NCBI GenBank assembly: GCA_964551115.1
Contig: CAZKBE010000001.1
Location: 866 to 64,865 of the forward strand
DNA from: Candidatus Woesearchaeota archaeon
GTDB lineage: Archaea; Nanobdellota; Nanobdellia; Pacearchaeales; GW2011-AR1
DNA length: 64,000 nt
Direction of reading: 5' to 3'
Shown here: in pieces, positions 1-8,579 of the stretch
Numbering within the stretch: the first letter of the stretch is position 1
Layout of the letters: the number at the start of each line of letters is the position of its first letter
Translations under genes and position numbers: made by a program
The notes under the pieces: model-generated
Database searches by the model: none
What the model was told of the DNA's origin: nothing
The model's input: only the letters and a program-made list of their open reading frames with translations

Positions 1-842
1 AATAGTCTATTTAGGTTTATTTTTCTTTCACTCGCTAGGTCGTCTAAAAAGTCATCACATTCGTCTATAACATCTATTTCTGTTTTTGGTTTTCTTCCCA
101 TTGCTAGTTCGATTAGATATTTTAATGAATTAAAAACTAATACGTCTGATTCTACATATGAATTATATTGTTCATAATAGGGGCAACCTGTTGTTCTTTG
201 AAAAAATGAATACTCTTTACCACTTGAAGTTAAATATTTCTTTTTTTTTGCTTTATCTAATGCTTTAGCTTTCATTTCTGATGGGACTACCGGACTCCAA
301 TAAGGGCAGGCGGGAGCTACTGAAAATCTTCTAACATCCGATATCTGAGAGAAGTCTGCTAAGTCTACATATGGATTTTGTTTGATATAGTCTTTTATCG
401 TACCAAAATTCTTTTCTCTAATCTCTATATTGCAGGGTAAATCTTTGTCATCTGCTCGACCATCACAAAATCTACATGGAAAATTATTTCTTCCTTTAAT
501 TATTGAGATTTTCATTTTATTTCCATCTGGTTTATTTATAAAATTCTTGAATGTATAGTCTTGTTCATATTGTTCTTGGAGAGATTTAATCGGAACAACT
601 ACGGATGATTTTTTAAAATGACGAGCAAGATTTAAGGCCATGGCACTTTTTCCAGAGCCGCACACTCCTCTAATGAAAATGGCTCTTTTTCCTTCTTTAA
701 TTTGTTCCAAGATTTCTTTTACTACATCTGCTTGAGTTTTTCCGTTTGAAAATACTAGTGGTTTTAGTTCTTCTCCTGTAAAATTAAAGAGTCCTTCCCC
801 GAGATCCTCTTCACCTTCTTTTCTTCGATATAATGACCACAT
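1..842 (-). CDS. Rad3/XPD-family (FeS) superfamily-2 DNA helicase, N-terminal part; gene continues beyond the window start
   Basis: Not in ORF track because there is no stop in the window. Minus-strand ATG at 842..840. Translation MWSLYRR...GVCGSGKSAMAL (Walker A), PIKSLQEQ (motif Ia-like), a Cys cluster (CRFC...C...CPYW...CPYY) where XPD carries its 4Fe-4S domain, then VIDECDDF (DExD/H-like motif II). Confidence 0.45.
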   Translation of the reverse strand, partial: MWSLYRRKEGEEDLGEGLFNFTGEELKPLVFSNGKTQADVVKEILEQIKEGKRAIFIRGVCGSGKSAMALNLARHFKKSSVVVPIKSLQEQYEQDYTFKNFINKPDGNKMKISIIKGRNNFPCRFCDGRADDKDLPCNIEIREKNFGTIKDYIKQNPYVDLADFSQISDVRRFSVAPACPYWSPVVPSEMKAKALDKAKKKKYLTSSGKEYSFFQRTTGCPYYEQYNSYVESDVLVFNSLKYLIELAMGRKPKTEIDVIDECDDFLDDLASERKINLNRL

Positions 843-926
843 CTTAACTGGTTTGGAGCAAGGTTTTATAAGGTTTGTTGTGGTTTTGTTTTGTAACTCC
901 TACATAGGTACAACATAACCCAAAGA

Positions 927-934
927 TTTATAAA
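927..934 (+). promoter_or_regulatory. TATA-box-like element (tttataaa) ~36 bp upstream of the ATG at 970
   Basis: Archaeal TATA consensus-like octamer in an AT-rich intergenic region. Spacing is consistent with a short-leader or leaderless transcript. Confidence 0.3.
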
Positions 935-969
935 GGGATGGTACTTAGATATTTTGGAGATAAAATAAG

Positions 970-1662
970 ATGGCACTTGAGGATATTATAAAATACGAAA
1001 AAGCAATAATTGATCATGCAGGTCATTATGATGCTTTTAGAGATCTTTCTAGGGATTTTGCTAGCAAGGCAGATCCTCAGTTATTAAAGAATTATACAAG
1101 TCTTTTAGGTTATGATGATGCTTCTAGACAGGCTTTTTATCAAGCTGCCCAAACGACTCCAACTCATGCATTAGTGGAAGCTATGCAGAACTCTTCTAAA
1201 CAAAGATACAAGTCTTTGGGAGAGACTGTTAAGACAAATTATGACGAATTAGTTGGTAATCTTGATGAATCTGGGTTGATTGGAATGGCCCATGGTACTT
1301 CCGGTGTTTTAAAGGCCCATGAACTTATTCAAGAGGCCTTAAACTCTAAGGATGCTAATACTTTAAAAAAAGCATATCTAGAGGCATTTAAGGGTCAACC
1401 AGACTTGCTAGAATTTGTAAAGGTATTGAGAAGTCAAGAATCTTTAAGCATCCTTGCTGGAGTCTATCTTGCCAATTCTGAACATCAACTCATGCAGCAA
1501 TTTTCTTCTGAAGATGGCAAGAGTTTAGATAAGGAGAAATTGAAGAAATATTTGATGGCTAATAAGAAGGATGAGCTTTATGCAGATGCTGGAAGAGGGT
1601 TATACATGGTAAGAGCTCAAGAGGCTGCGAAAGCTAAGAAGGAAGCAGAATCTAAGAAATAA
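970..1662 (+). CDS. hypothetical protein (230 aa, Ala/Gln-rich; GC noticeably above local average)
   Basis: ORF track. No recognisable motif. Ends in a lysine-rich tail. Confidence 0.5.
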   Translation: MALEDIIKYEKAIIDHAGHYDAFRDLSRDFASKADPQLLKNYTSLLGYDDASRQAFYQAAQTTPTHALVEAMQNSSKQRYKSLGETVKTNYDELVGNLDESGLIGMAHGTSGVLKAHELIQEALNSKDANTLKKAYLEAFKGQPDLLEFVKVLRSQESLSILAGVYLANSEHQLMQQFSSEDGKSLDKEKLKKYLMANKKDELYADAGRGLYMVRAQEAAKAKKEAESKK

Positions 1663-1664
1663 TT

Positions 1665-2528
1665 TTATTTTATTGTTTCATCTATTAATTTACTCATTTC
1701 ACTAATGAAAGCATCTGCCTTTTCAGCATATTCATCTAATTTTTCACCCTTTATTTCTTTTGTTTGTCCGTGAACTATGCTTTTTGCGACCAAATGAACT
1801 TCTTCATAAAAGTCAACATATTTGTTTTTTAATTTTTTTGTATCTACAAATGTTTTTGTTAGAGATTCTCCAACGTGTTCGGGAGAAGCAGGCATTTCAT
1901 TATATGCAATTAATGCTGCATGTGCAGAGTCTATACATGCCCAGTAAATTCCATCCATTGCTGCTAGCATGCTAGTTCTCATTCTATAGATATGGGTTGG
2001 TGCTCTTTGAAGAAGAGTATATATTGCTTCGGGAGTAGGTTTTATCTTCCCTTGTTCTAATAATAATTTTAATGGCGTAAAAAAACCTCCAATGTCGATT
2101 AGTGTTTCCCCGTATCGGATTATATTTAGTAGTACTGGATCACCTACCTTTAAATCTTCCCACCAGGTTGAAAGCTTAATTGTGTTTATATGTAATTCTT
2201 TTTTATATGGATTTTGAGAAATTAATTTTGAAATCTCTTCTCTATACCATGCAATTAGTTCTTGATCCCATCTTACTGAAACATCGTCTATTAATATGAC
2301 TATATCTATATCTGAAGATGCAATTGCAACTTTTTTAGCTGAACTTCCAAAAAGAATAACGGATTTTATTATTTTATCAAATTTTTGATAAACTTTCGTA
2401 GCAAAGTCCATTGCAACATCTCTTTCTTTTGCAATCATAAGTGTTGGTATTTCGGAAGTTTTTCTTTTAGAATTCTTTTCTTCTTCTTTTTGTGTAGAAC
2501 TAATTGTCTTTTTTCTTTCTTTCACCAT
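1665..2528 (-). CDS. nucleotidyltransferase-domain protein (Pol-beta superfamily minimal NTase)
   Basis: GSSAKKVAIASSDIDIVILID matches the GS...[DE]xD NTase signature. The C-terminal helical region resembles the substrate-binding part of archaeal MNT-like proteins. Confidence 0.6.
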   Translation of the reverse strand: MVKERKKTISSTQKEEEKNSKRKTSEIPTLMIAKERDVAMDFATKVYQKFDKIIKSVILFGSSAKKVAIASSDIDIVILIDDVSVRWDQELIAWYREEISKLISQNPYKKELHINTIKLSTWWEDLKVGDPVLLNIIRYGETLIDIGGFFTPLKLLLEQGKIKPTPEAIYTLLQRAPTHIYRMRTSMLAAMDGIYWACIDSAHAALIAYNEMPASPEHVGESLTKTFVDTKKLKNKYVDFYEEVHLVAKSIVHGQTKEIKGEKLDEYAEKADAFISEMSKLIDETIK

Positions 2529-2571
2529 CTTCTTTACTATATCTTATATTTCTTTGCTTTTTAAATATTGC

Positions 2572-4386
2572 CTAAGCGTTTGGGGTTCCGGAGAATCTTG
2601 AATTTGTACCTGGAACTTGTCCCCCTAGTTCTTGAGGTAATGAAGAGAAACTTGAACCATATAATGAAAAGTGTTTTTCAGGCATGTATGCTGATGGAAA
2701 ACCCGTATAACTTCCTTGCATCCCTTGGGAACTATTCCAATAGGATCCTGTAGGTGAACCTTGGAAACCAGATGCTCCAAATGCTTGCATTGTAGGATTT
2801 ACTGCAGAGTTCACCCCATTATTTGAGAAATGTTGCCACCAAGATAATGCTTCTGCAACCTTTTTACCCTTAAATCCTGCTTTTCCTAGTTTTTCCATTA
2901 TTGCTTTTATTGGGACATTTCCCATACCCATTGGAAGTTCAGTATGTTGAAAACCAAAGTTATCTGATAAATGGACATGTTTTACATATTTTGCAACCTT
3001 TTCTGTTTCTTCACCTATGTCTTTATCGTTATAACCATACTTTTTTAACATATTTATATGTCCAACGTCCCAGGTTGCTCCAATTAATTTTTCTGCTTGT
3101 TTTGTTGCATCTCCTTTTGACATCCCTAGTCCTCCTTGATTTGTAGTTAGTGTTGCTTTTTCTACAAAGTTTTTTCTTGCTTTTTCAATTACTTGTTTTA
3201 AATCTTCTCCAGTGGTTAGTAAAGATTCTTGCGCAGGGTGATTTTCTATACTAATTATTGGTGCATGTTCTTTAAATTCTTTATAGGATTCAAAAGCAAT
3301 ATGACCGAAGGTTTCAGCAGATTTTTCTTGTGCAAATTCGGATAAGGGTTTAAATATCTCTGTATCTGCTTGTTTTAGTAAATCTGCACCTCTTTCTATA
3401 TCCTCTGCAAAATTGTAAATTTTAGTAGGATCATCTTTTAAATTTTTGTAGTCTGGAATTTTTTTAGACATCTCGATAGCATATTTTTTCAATTCTTCTT
3501 TTTTGCTATCCTCTGCATTTTTGTAAGCTAAATCAAACAGCGAGGTAAGTGATTCGTAGGCTTTTCTTAAGTATACTTCCTTGTGCTTTAATTCTCCTTC
3601 ATCTAGAAGCATTTCTTTGGTCTTTTCTGCATAAAAATCTTTACTTTTATTTTTTAATATTTCTTTTCTTTCTTCAGGAGATATTCTTTGCCCAGAACTA
3701 TTTCTTTCGGCGAGATCAGTATAATAAGTAACATTTTGTATTGCATCTAACCATACTTTTTTGTTTTTTCTTTCTATTTCTATTTTTGGATTAAATTCTT
3801 GAGGTTTTCCAGAGAATGTCTCACCTTCTTCTGGAAAGTATCTTTCTTCTTCCTTTATCTGGCTTAGAGTTCCTTGAGGATTAATTAATAAAACTGATTT
3901 TATTCTTTTTTCATCTCCTTCTTTTATTTTCAATTCAGATGGAGGTAAGTTTACTGTAGAGGCATGCATTGTTATCACTGTATTTCCGTTAGGGTTAAGT
4001 TTTTGTCCTCTTCTTACTGCTTCAAGTAGTTGTCTTTTTGCCGTTTCTTGATTTAAATTGTCCCATCCTTGTTGAGTTATTCCTGTTGGGTCAATCATTG
4101 GAGCATGCATAGTTGGAGTGATATTTAGAAGTTTTGCCATTCTATTTATTTCCTTGAATTGATCATTGGGCATAGCATCTAGAATTCCTGCATCATGTGC
4201 TGCAACTTCAACTACTTTTATACCCGTGTTTAGATGTTTTGAGACTTCTTTTACCTGATCTGCTGTTCTAGCATCAAGAGATGTTCCTATTTCTGAGAAA
4301 TTCAGCCTATATCCTACAAAGCCTCCATTTTCTGAATTGAATGAGGAGTAGCCTCCTCTATAAAGATTATCTTGATATTCCACCAT
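2572..4386 (-). CDS. xylose-isomerase-like TIM-barrel protein (sugar-phosphate isomerase/epimerase / AP-endonuclease-2 fold) with a ~300-aa charged insertion and a low-complexity G/S/Q/Y/F-rich C-terminal tail
   Basis: N-terminal barrel elements (VVEVAAHDAG, HAPMIDP). C-terminal signature ATWDVGHINM...HVHLSDN is typical of this TIM-barrel family. The two halves are separated by a K/E-rich helical region. The last ~90 aa are prion-like (SGFQGSPTGSYWNSSQGMQGSYTGF...). Confidence 0.5.
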   Translation of the reverse strand: MVEYQDNLYRGGYSSFNSENGGFVGYRLNFSEIGTSLDARTADQVKEVSKHLNTGIKVVEVAAHDAGILDAMPNDQFKEINRMAKLLNITPTMHAPMIDPTGITQQGWDNLNQETAKRQLLEAVRRGQKLNPNGNTVITMHASTVNLPPSELKIKEGDEKRIKSVLLINPQGTLSQIKEEERYFPEEGETFSGKPQEFNPKIEIERKNKKVWLDAIQNVTYYTDLAERNSSGQRISPEERKEILKNKSKDFYAEKTKEMLLDEGELKHKEVYLRKAYESLTSLFDLAYKNAEDSKKEELKKYAIEMSKKIPDYKNLKDDPTKIYNFAEDIERGADLLKQADTEIFKPLSEFAQEKSAETFGHIAFESYKEFKEHAPIISIENHPAQESLLTTGEDLKQVIEKARKNFVEKATLTTNQGGLGMSKGDATKQAEKLIGATWDVGHINMLKKYGYNDKDIGEETEKVAKYVKHVHLSDNFGFQHTELPMGMGNVPIKAIMEKLGKAGFKGKKVAEALSWWQHFSNNGVNSAVNPTMQAFGASGFQGSPTGSYWNSSQGMQGSYTGFPSAYMPEKHFSLYGSSFSSLPQELGGQVPGTNSRFSGTPNA

Positions 4387-4410
4387 CTTATTTGTTTTAA
4401 TTACGTTGTT

Positions 4411-5052
4411 TTAATTTAAAAAAGTTTGTATTCGTTCTTCTTTCTTCTTTTTAGGATTATGTCCAGTATTCTCTTCATATCTGTTCATTTCTTGTGAAAA
4501 ACCGAGTTGATGATTTTGGTCTTCTTGAGTTCTTTGGTTGTGATTTACTTTTCTTAAATTTTGTTCACCAAATGGGTTTGTTATTTCATCCCTATCTGCT
4601 TCTCTGAATTGATTGATGGGAGTTATTTGAGAATCTGAGGAGTATTTATCTTGGTTTGAAGAATATTTATCTTTTCCTATTTCATAATTATTATTTGCCC
4701 CGTAAAAGCTACTTGCTGCGTGGTAAGCGCTTGAGGAGATATTATCCTTGTCTATTTTTATTTCTGCTAGAGTATTTTCCAAGTTATTATTTAGGGGTTT
4801 ATCTTGTATTTGAAATGTATCTTCTAGAGGCATAGCTATTTTTTTATTCTTTGGTTTTATTTCTTCCGTATATATGTATTCTTGCTCTTGAGTTTCTTCT
4901 TTTGTAGATTCCTTTGTTTCTTCTTGGTTTTTTACCGGTATTTTCTCGCTATCCTTTTTTAATAGTTTTTCAATTAATTCTTTGTTTATCTTGATTTCTT
5001 TAGAAGCTTTCTCTGTCTTTTTTTTAGTGATTGTTCTTTTATTTTGTGTCAT
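4411..5052 (-). CDS. low-complexity K/E/N/Q-rich (intrinsically disordered) protein
   Basis: ORF track. Contains short internal repeats (KDKYSSNQDKYSSDSQ). No enzymatic motifs. Lies 24 nt upstream of the TIM-barrel gene on the same strand. Confidence 0.4.
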   Translation of the reverse strand: MTQNKRTITKKKTEKASKEIKINKELIEKLLKKDSEKIPVKNQEETKESTKEETQEQEYIYTEEIKPKNKKIAMPLEDTFQIQDKPLNNNLENTLAEIKIDKDNISSSAYHAASSFYGANNNYEIGKDKYSSNQDKYSSDSQITPINQFREADRDEITNPFGEQNLRKVNHNQRTQEDQNHQLGFSQEMNRYEENTGHNPKKKKEERIQTFLN

Positions 5053-5097
5053 TATCTTGCTAGTTTATACAGATTTATATACCTTGACAAGTCTTTT

Positions 5098-5772
5098 TTA
5101 AACTATATGAGAATTTTCTTTTATAAAATGGTTCAATATTTTGTGGTAAACCTTTGATTTTCCATACTTTAGGTAAAAAAATCCAATTACTGATGCAATT
5201 ATTGCTCCGGTTGCATTGACTAAAAAGTCTATCATCGTGTCTGTTACGCCTGTTCCAATGTGTACCTTTTGCATATTCATTCCAAAAAAACTATCTATCA
5301 AAAATTCAATCACTTCCCAGAATACTCCAAGTGTTGTTGCAAAACAGAACCCTAAAAATGCAACCATAGACGGGTTTGCTTTAATCTTTGTTCCCTTATC
5401 TAATATAAATATTATCGAGAATCCAATCATACCTAAGACGAATCCAGATAGTAAGTGTAATAGGTTATCCCACCAATAGAATCTATTATAAAAATTTTGA
5501 ACTTCTCCTAAGTATATTCCTGCATAAATAAAACCTACAATAAATATGTGAAATTCTGGAGGCATTTTTATCTGATATCTTGATTCTATAATTGCTGGCA
5601 GCAAGGTTAAAAATAAAGCAAGACCGCTAACAAAGACTAACTCTCCTCGGCCATAGATCGATTCTAGAATTAATGATCCTATAAGCATAATTCTAATTAT
5701 CCATGAGAAGACAAAGTATATCTTTTCTATTTTCTTATCTGGAATTTTGAATAAGCTCTTTAATTTCATCAT
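5098..5772 (-). CDS. polytopic integral membrane protein (6-7 predicted TM helices), function unknown
   Basis: Hydrophobic segments throughout (LIGSLILESIYG, LALFLTLLPAII, FIVGFIYAGIYL, LGFCFATTLGVFWEV...). Its start is 2 nt after the stop of the 5775..7277 gene. Confidence 0.5.
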   Translation of the reverse strand: MMKLKSLFKIPDKKIEKIYFVFSWIIRIMLIGSLILESIYGRGELVFVSGLALFLTLLPAIIESRYQIKMPPEFHIFIVGFIYAGIYLGEVQNFYNRFYWWDNLLHLLSGFVLGMIGFSIIFILDKGTKIKANPSMVAFLGFCFATTLGVFWEVIEFLIDSFFGMNMQKVHIGTGVTDTMIDFLVNATGAIIASVIGFFYLKYGKSKVYHKILNHFIKENSHIV

Positions 5773-5774
5773 TT

Positions 5775-7277
5775 TTAATCTCCTTTTTCATCCAGATCAA
5801 AACTTTCAGGAGACGAGGCCATTCCATGCGCTTTCTTATAAACATCATACACAGCATATAGAAAACCCTTTGCACCATTAGCTGCTTCGTTTCTTGCATA
5901 ACCTTCAACATAACTATCTTTTTCAATATCTTTAATTGAATTTATTTCTTTTTTATCCTTTTTCTTTGAAGAAGCAAATAAATCTCCTTTGAATATGCCT
6001 ATTAGTGCTGAAAAGGGATTTACATCGTCTTCTTTTTTCTTAAATTCTTTTTTCTCTTTTTTCTTATCATCTAAAAAGTGATCTATGTCTGATTGTAGCT
6101 GTGCAAGAGATTTATCTGTTTCTTCTTGGACAAAAGATAGGCCAGTTGCAAGATCCTGTTTTTCTCTAAGTTTTTTGAATAGTTTTAATTCTTCAGAATT
6201 CAGTGAATATGCTTCAAAATTTATATCTACTCTTCCTCCAAAACCGTATGCCATATCTCCTTTTTGAGATACTCTCTGACTGTAATGTCCTCTGTAGGTC
6301 ATAGATACCATGATACAGGAAATGTAATCTCGGTTTAGTTTTTGATCTTTGAATGGTTTTCCCAATTCTATTTTTTTTGTTCCCATAAATGTTAGTTCGA
6401 ACATAGATGTTGAGAATGCATTTACCATCGCAGCGTTTGTTTCAAATCCTTTTTGTCTTAATTGTTCTGCCGATCTTAGGTAAGGTCTTGCCCAAGAGGT
6501 ATAAAGTTTAAGTGTTTGAACTTGTGTTCTTAGGTAACTTGTTTCTATTTCAAATCTTTTTGTTAATTCTTTTTCAGATAAATCTTTCCAAATGTTAAAT
6601 TCAACTATTTTTTGTTTAAGGACATTTTTTACTCTTTCATTTAAATCTAACTCGTTTCCTTTTTCATCTTTTAATTTTTCATCTTTAATCATCATAAATG
6701 AATCTATTAGTAAGGCAAACGGCGATTGAGAAAACGCCATGGCTTTTACACTAGTATTTCCTCTTTTCATATCTACATTATCTAACCAGACTTGTTTCAA
6801 TCCAAATATTGCTGCTTCTTTTTTTGATTTATCTTCTGAGTTAGCATCTTTATATTGTTGTAGTCTTATCTCAAATTCTTTTAAGTCGTAGATTAATTGA
6901 ATTATTGCTTTTATCACCTGGTTTATTGCTCCTAGATAATAGCTTGCCTTTTCTTGCATCGTTCCTAATTTTCTTCCATATTCATCAAAACCTCCAGAAC
7001 CTGGAGAAGCCATAAAATTATCTGTTAACTTCTCTACTTGAAATCTTGCATCTTGGACAAAATCTAAAAGCCAGTAATAAACGGGTTCTACCTGATTTGT
7101 TTGGGCGTCATAGGTTAAGTTGTAAGATAACAGAGATTTTCCTTCGTTTATTTTCGTGCTTCGTTTAATTAAAGCCCTAATGGCTTCTATAGCTTTTTTT
7201 CCTTCTGCTTCTTTTCTTAATTCTTCTATCTCTCTTTTTTTTGCTTCCTCTTCATCACCCTTCATAGATTCGCCCAT
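5775..7277 (-). CDS. large coiled-coil / alpha-helical protein, function unknown
   Basis: 500 aa. Charged heptad-like N-terminus (EEEAKKREIEELRKEAEGKK) and C-terminal K/E-rich region. No catalytic motifs. Tightly linked to the downstream membrane protein gene. Confidence 0.45.
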   Translation of the reverse strand: MGESMKGDEEEAKKREIEELRKEAEGKKAIEAIRALIKRSTKINEGKSLLSYNLTYDAQTNQVEPVYYWLLDFVQDARFQVEKLTDNFMASPGSGGFDEYGRKLGTMQEKASYYLGAINQVIKAIIQLIYDLKEFEIRLQQYKDANSEDKSKKEAAIFGLKQVWLDNVDMKRGNTSVKAMAFSQSPFALLIDSFMMIKDEKLKDEKGNELDLNERVKNVLKQKIVEFNIWKDLSEKELTKRFEIETSYLRTQVQTLKLYTSWARPYLRSAEQLRQKGFETNAAMVNAFSTSMFELTFMGTKKIELGKPFKDQKLNRDYISCIMVSMTYRGHYSQRVSQKGDMAYGFGGRVDINFEAYSLNSEELKLFKKLREKQDLATGLSFVQEETDKSLAQLQSDIDHFLDDKKKEKKEFKKKEDDVNPFSALIGIFKGDLFASSKKKDKKEINSIKDIEKDSYVEGYARNEAANGAKGFLYAVYDVYKKAHGMASSPESFDLDEKGD

Positions 7278-7366
7278 AATTTGATAAGGATAAGCTTATT
7301 TTTAAAGATTTGTTATTCTATCTTTCCAATATATTTAAAAACGAACATTCTTTTCAAGAATTATAA

Positions 7367-7447
7367 GCCGACATCGCATAGTGGTATTGCACGAGACTGG
7401 AAATCTCGGCCCTTCGGGGCCCCCAGGTTCGATTCCTGGTGTCGGCG
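7367..7447 (+). tRNA. tRNA-Ser (anticodon GGA)
   Basis: Manual fold. Acceptor GCCGACA/TGTCGGC, D-arm GCAT-AGTGGTA-TTGC, anticodon stem CGAGA/TCTCG with loop CTGGAAA, long variable arm GCCCTTCGGGGCCC, T-arm CCAGG-TTCGATT-CCTGG, discriminator G. 81 nt. No CCA encoded. Confidence 0.85.
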
Positions 7448-7489
7448 TTTTCTAAATGTTTATTAATTAATCTTTTTTAATAACCTTGT

Positions 7490-7560
7490 GCGTCGATGGT
7501 CTAATGGTAGAATATGAGCTTCCCAAGCTTATGATCCGGGTTCGATTCCCGGTCGGCGCA
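7490..7560 (+). tRNA. tRNA-Gly (anticodon CCC)
   Basis: Acceptor GCGTCGA/TCGGCGC (one G-U), anticodon stem TGAGC/GCTTA with loop TTCCCAA, T-arm CCGGG-TTCGATT-CCCGG, discriminator A. 71 nt. Confidence 0.85.
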
Positions 7561-7609
7561 TATACCTGTTTTCCATCAGGCTTATATATTCTTTTGGACT
7601 TATGTATTT

Positions 7610-7840
7610 ATGAAAAATAATCTTATCCTTTATAATAAGCAACTAGTTAGTGCAAGAAGATCTAAAAAACATCTAAGTATCCAAAGAGGTCTTGGAATTG
7701 GTCCAGAAAGAATTAATTTTAAAGGGGAGAGAAGGCAGGAGCGTTATAAAAAGGTTGGAGAAAAAATGCGTAGCGTTTATGATGAATCTAGGGGTTTTAG
7801 GAACGGAAGAAAGATAAAAAGAAGAAGGAAGAGAAAATAA
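7610..7840 (+). CDS. small basic (R/K-rich) protein, possibly nucleic-acid binding
   Basis: 76 aa ending in RRRKRK. Sits directly downstream of the tRNA pair after an AT-rich promoter-like stretch. Coding status uncertain. Confidence 0.3.
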   Translation: MKNNLILYNKQLVSARRSKKHLSIQRGLGIGPERINFKGERRQERYKKVGEKMRSVYDESRGFRNGRKIKRRRKRK

Positions 7841-7842
7841 GA

Positions 7843-8376
7843 TTAAGTTAATTCTTTTTTGATTAGTTTATGTGCAGCATTAATTTCTTGGAATTTTTCA
7901 TGGTTTCCCCCCGGTAAATCTGGGTGGTGTTTTTTAGCTAGTTCTTTATATTTTTTATTGATTAGCTCAAAATCGGTTTCTGTAGCTTCTACTCCTAGTA
8001 GTTTTCTGGCTTCTAATAGTTGTTCTGGAAGGTCATCATCTTCTGAGAATTCTCTTGCAAATTCTTCAAAAGTTATATTATCTACTAATAATTTGTCTAC
8101 TTCAATTCTTAATACTTTATCTATTATAGACAAATTTTCAACAAATCTTGGCATTTGTGAATAACTATATCTGAATTTTCGATCATTAAAGTACCAAGAG
8201 ATAGAAGCAGGAAGTTTTTTTTGAGGATTTTTTTCTAGAGTTATATCTATGTCATCTCTTCCTATTCCTAATAACTTTAATGTAGATATTATATTATTTT
8301 GGATTTGAACTGCTTTACGTTCAAATGATCCATTAATACTGGGGGTTTCTATTTCATTTCCTTTAATTCTTACCAT
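7843..8376 (-). CDS. J-domain (DnaJ-like) protein; start revised to internal Met because the longer ORF overlaps tRNA-Pro
   Basis: C-terminal KKYKELAKKHHPDLPGGNHEKFQEINAAHKLI is a canonical J-domain with the HPD motif. The ORF-track start at 8502 would overlap tRNA-Pro (8473..8545), so Met43 (ATG at 8376..8374) is preferred. Confidence 0.55.
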   Translation of the reverse strand: MVRIKGNEIETPSINGSFERKAVQIQNNIISTLKLLGIGRDDIDITLEKNPQKKLPASISWYFNDRKFRYSYSQMPRFVENLSIIDKVLRIEVDKLLVDNITFEEFAREFSEDDDLPEQLLEARKLLGVEATETDFELINKKYKELAKKHHPDLPGGNHEKFQEINAAHKLIKKELT

Positions 8377-8472
8377 AATAATATCCCTGAAATTGCATTT
8401 ATAAAGGTAGGCCCAGGGCAATATTTTGATTTTGCGTATTCTTTTTAAACCATTTATTTGTGTAAATTTTAT

Positions 8473-8545
8473 GGGGTTATGGGGTAACCTGGTAGCCTTC
8501 AAGCATGGGGTGTTTGAGATCCCGGTTCAAATCCGGGTAATCCCA
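8473..8545 (+). tRNA. tRNA-Pro (anticodon GGG)
   Basis: Acceptor GGGGTTA/TAATCCC (one G-U), D-arm GGGT-AACCTGGTA-GCCT, anticodon stem CAAGC/GTTTG with loop ATGGGGT, T-arm CCCGG-TTCAAAT-CCGGG, discriminator A. 73 nt. Confidence 0.8.
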
Positions 8546-8579
8546 TTTAATTTATAAACCTGGTAATTATAGCTAACTT

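Noticed and set aside
1760-1975. Antisense ORFs inside larger genes, for example 1760..1975, 2901..3146, 3549..3731, 5216..5479, 6085..6267, 7859..8164, 9698..9937, 10565..10768, 10668..10889, 14433..14651, 16616..16885, 17532..17789, 19926..20168, 22842..23051, 23204..23479, 23518..23706, 23571..23786, 26071..26259, 29428..29691, 35755..35955, 36027..36542, 37671..37925, 38184..38450, 38432..38623, 39394..39600, 39597..39842, 40592..40837, 43250..43474, 45557..45802, 47007..47297, 48080..48442, 51383..51640, 52339..52689, 52912..53112, 54479..54784, 56273..56470, 59670..59906, 61653..61877, 62144..62377
   Set aside because: Each is nested in, or antisense to, a longer ORF with clear homology or membrane-protein character. 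In AT-rich DNA such shadow ORFs are expected by chance.
5735-5926. 63-aa minus-strand ORF overlapping the junction of 5775..7277 and 5098..5772
   Set aside because: It overlaps both neighbouring genes in a third frame. The two larger genes are separated by only 2 nt, leaving no room for it.
7281-7466. 61-aa + strand ORF in the ORF track
   Set aside because: It lies entirely across tRNA-Ser(GGA) (7367..7447) on the same strand. The tRNA fold is canonical, so the ORF is spurious.
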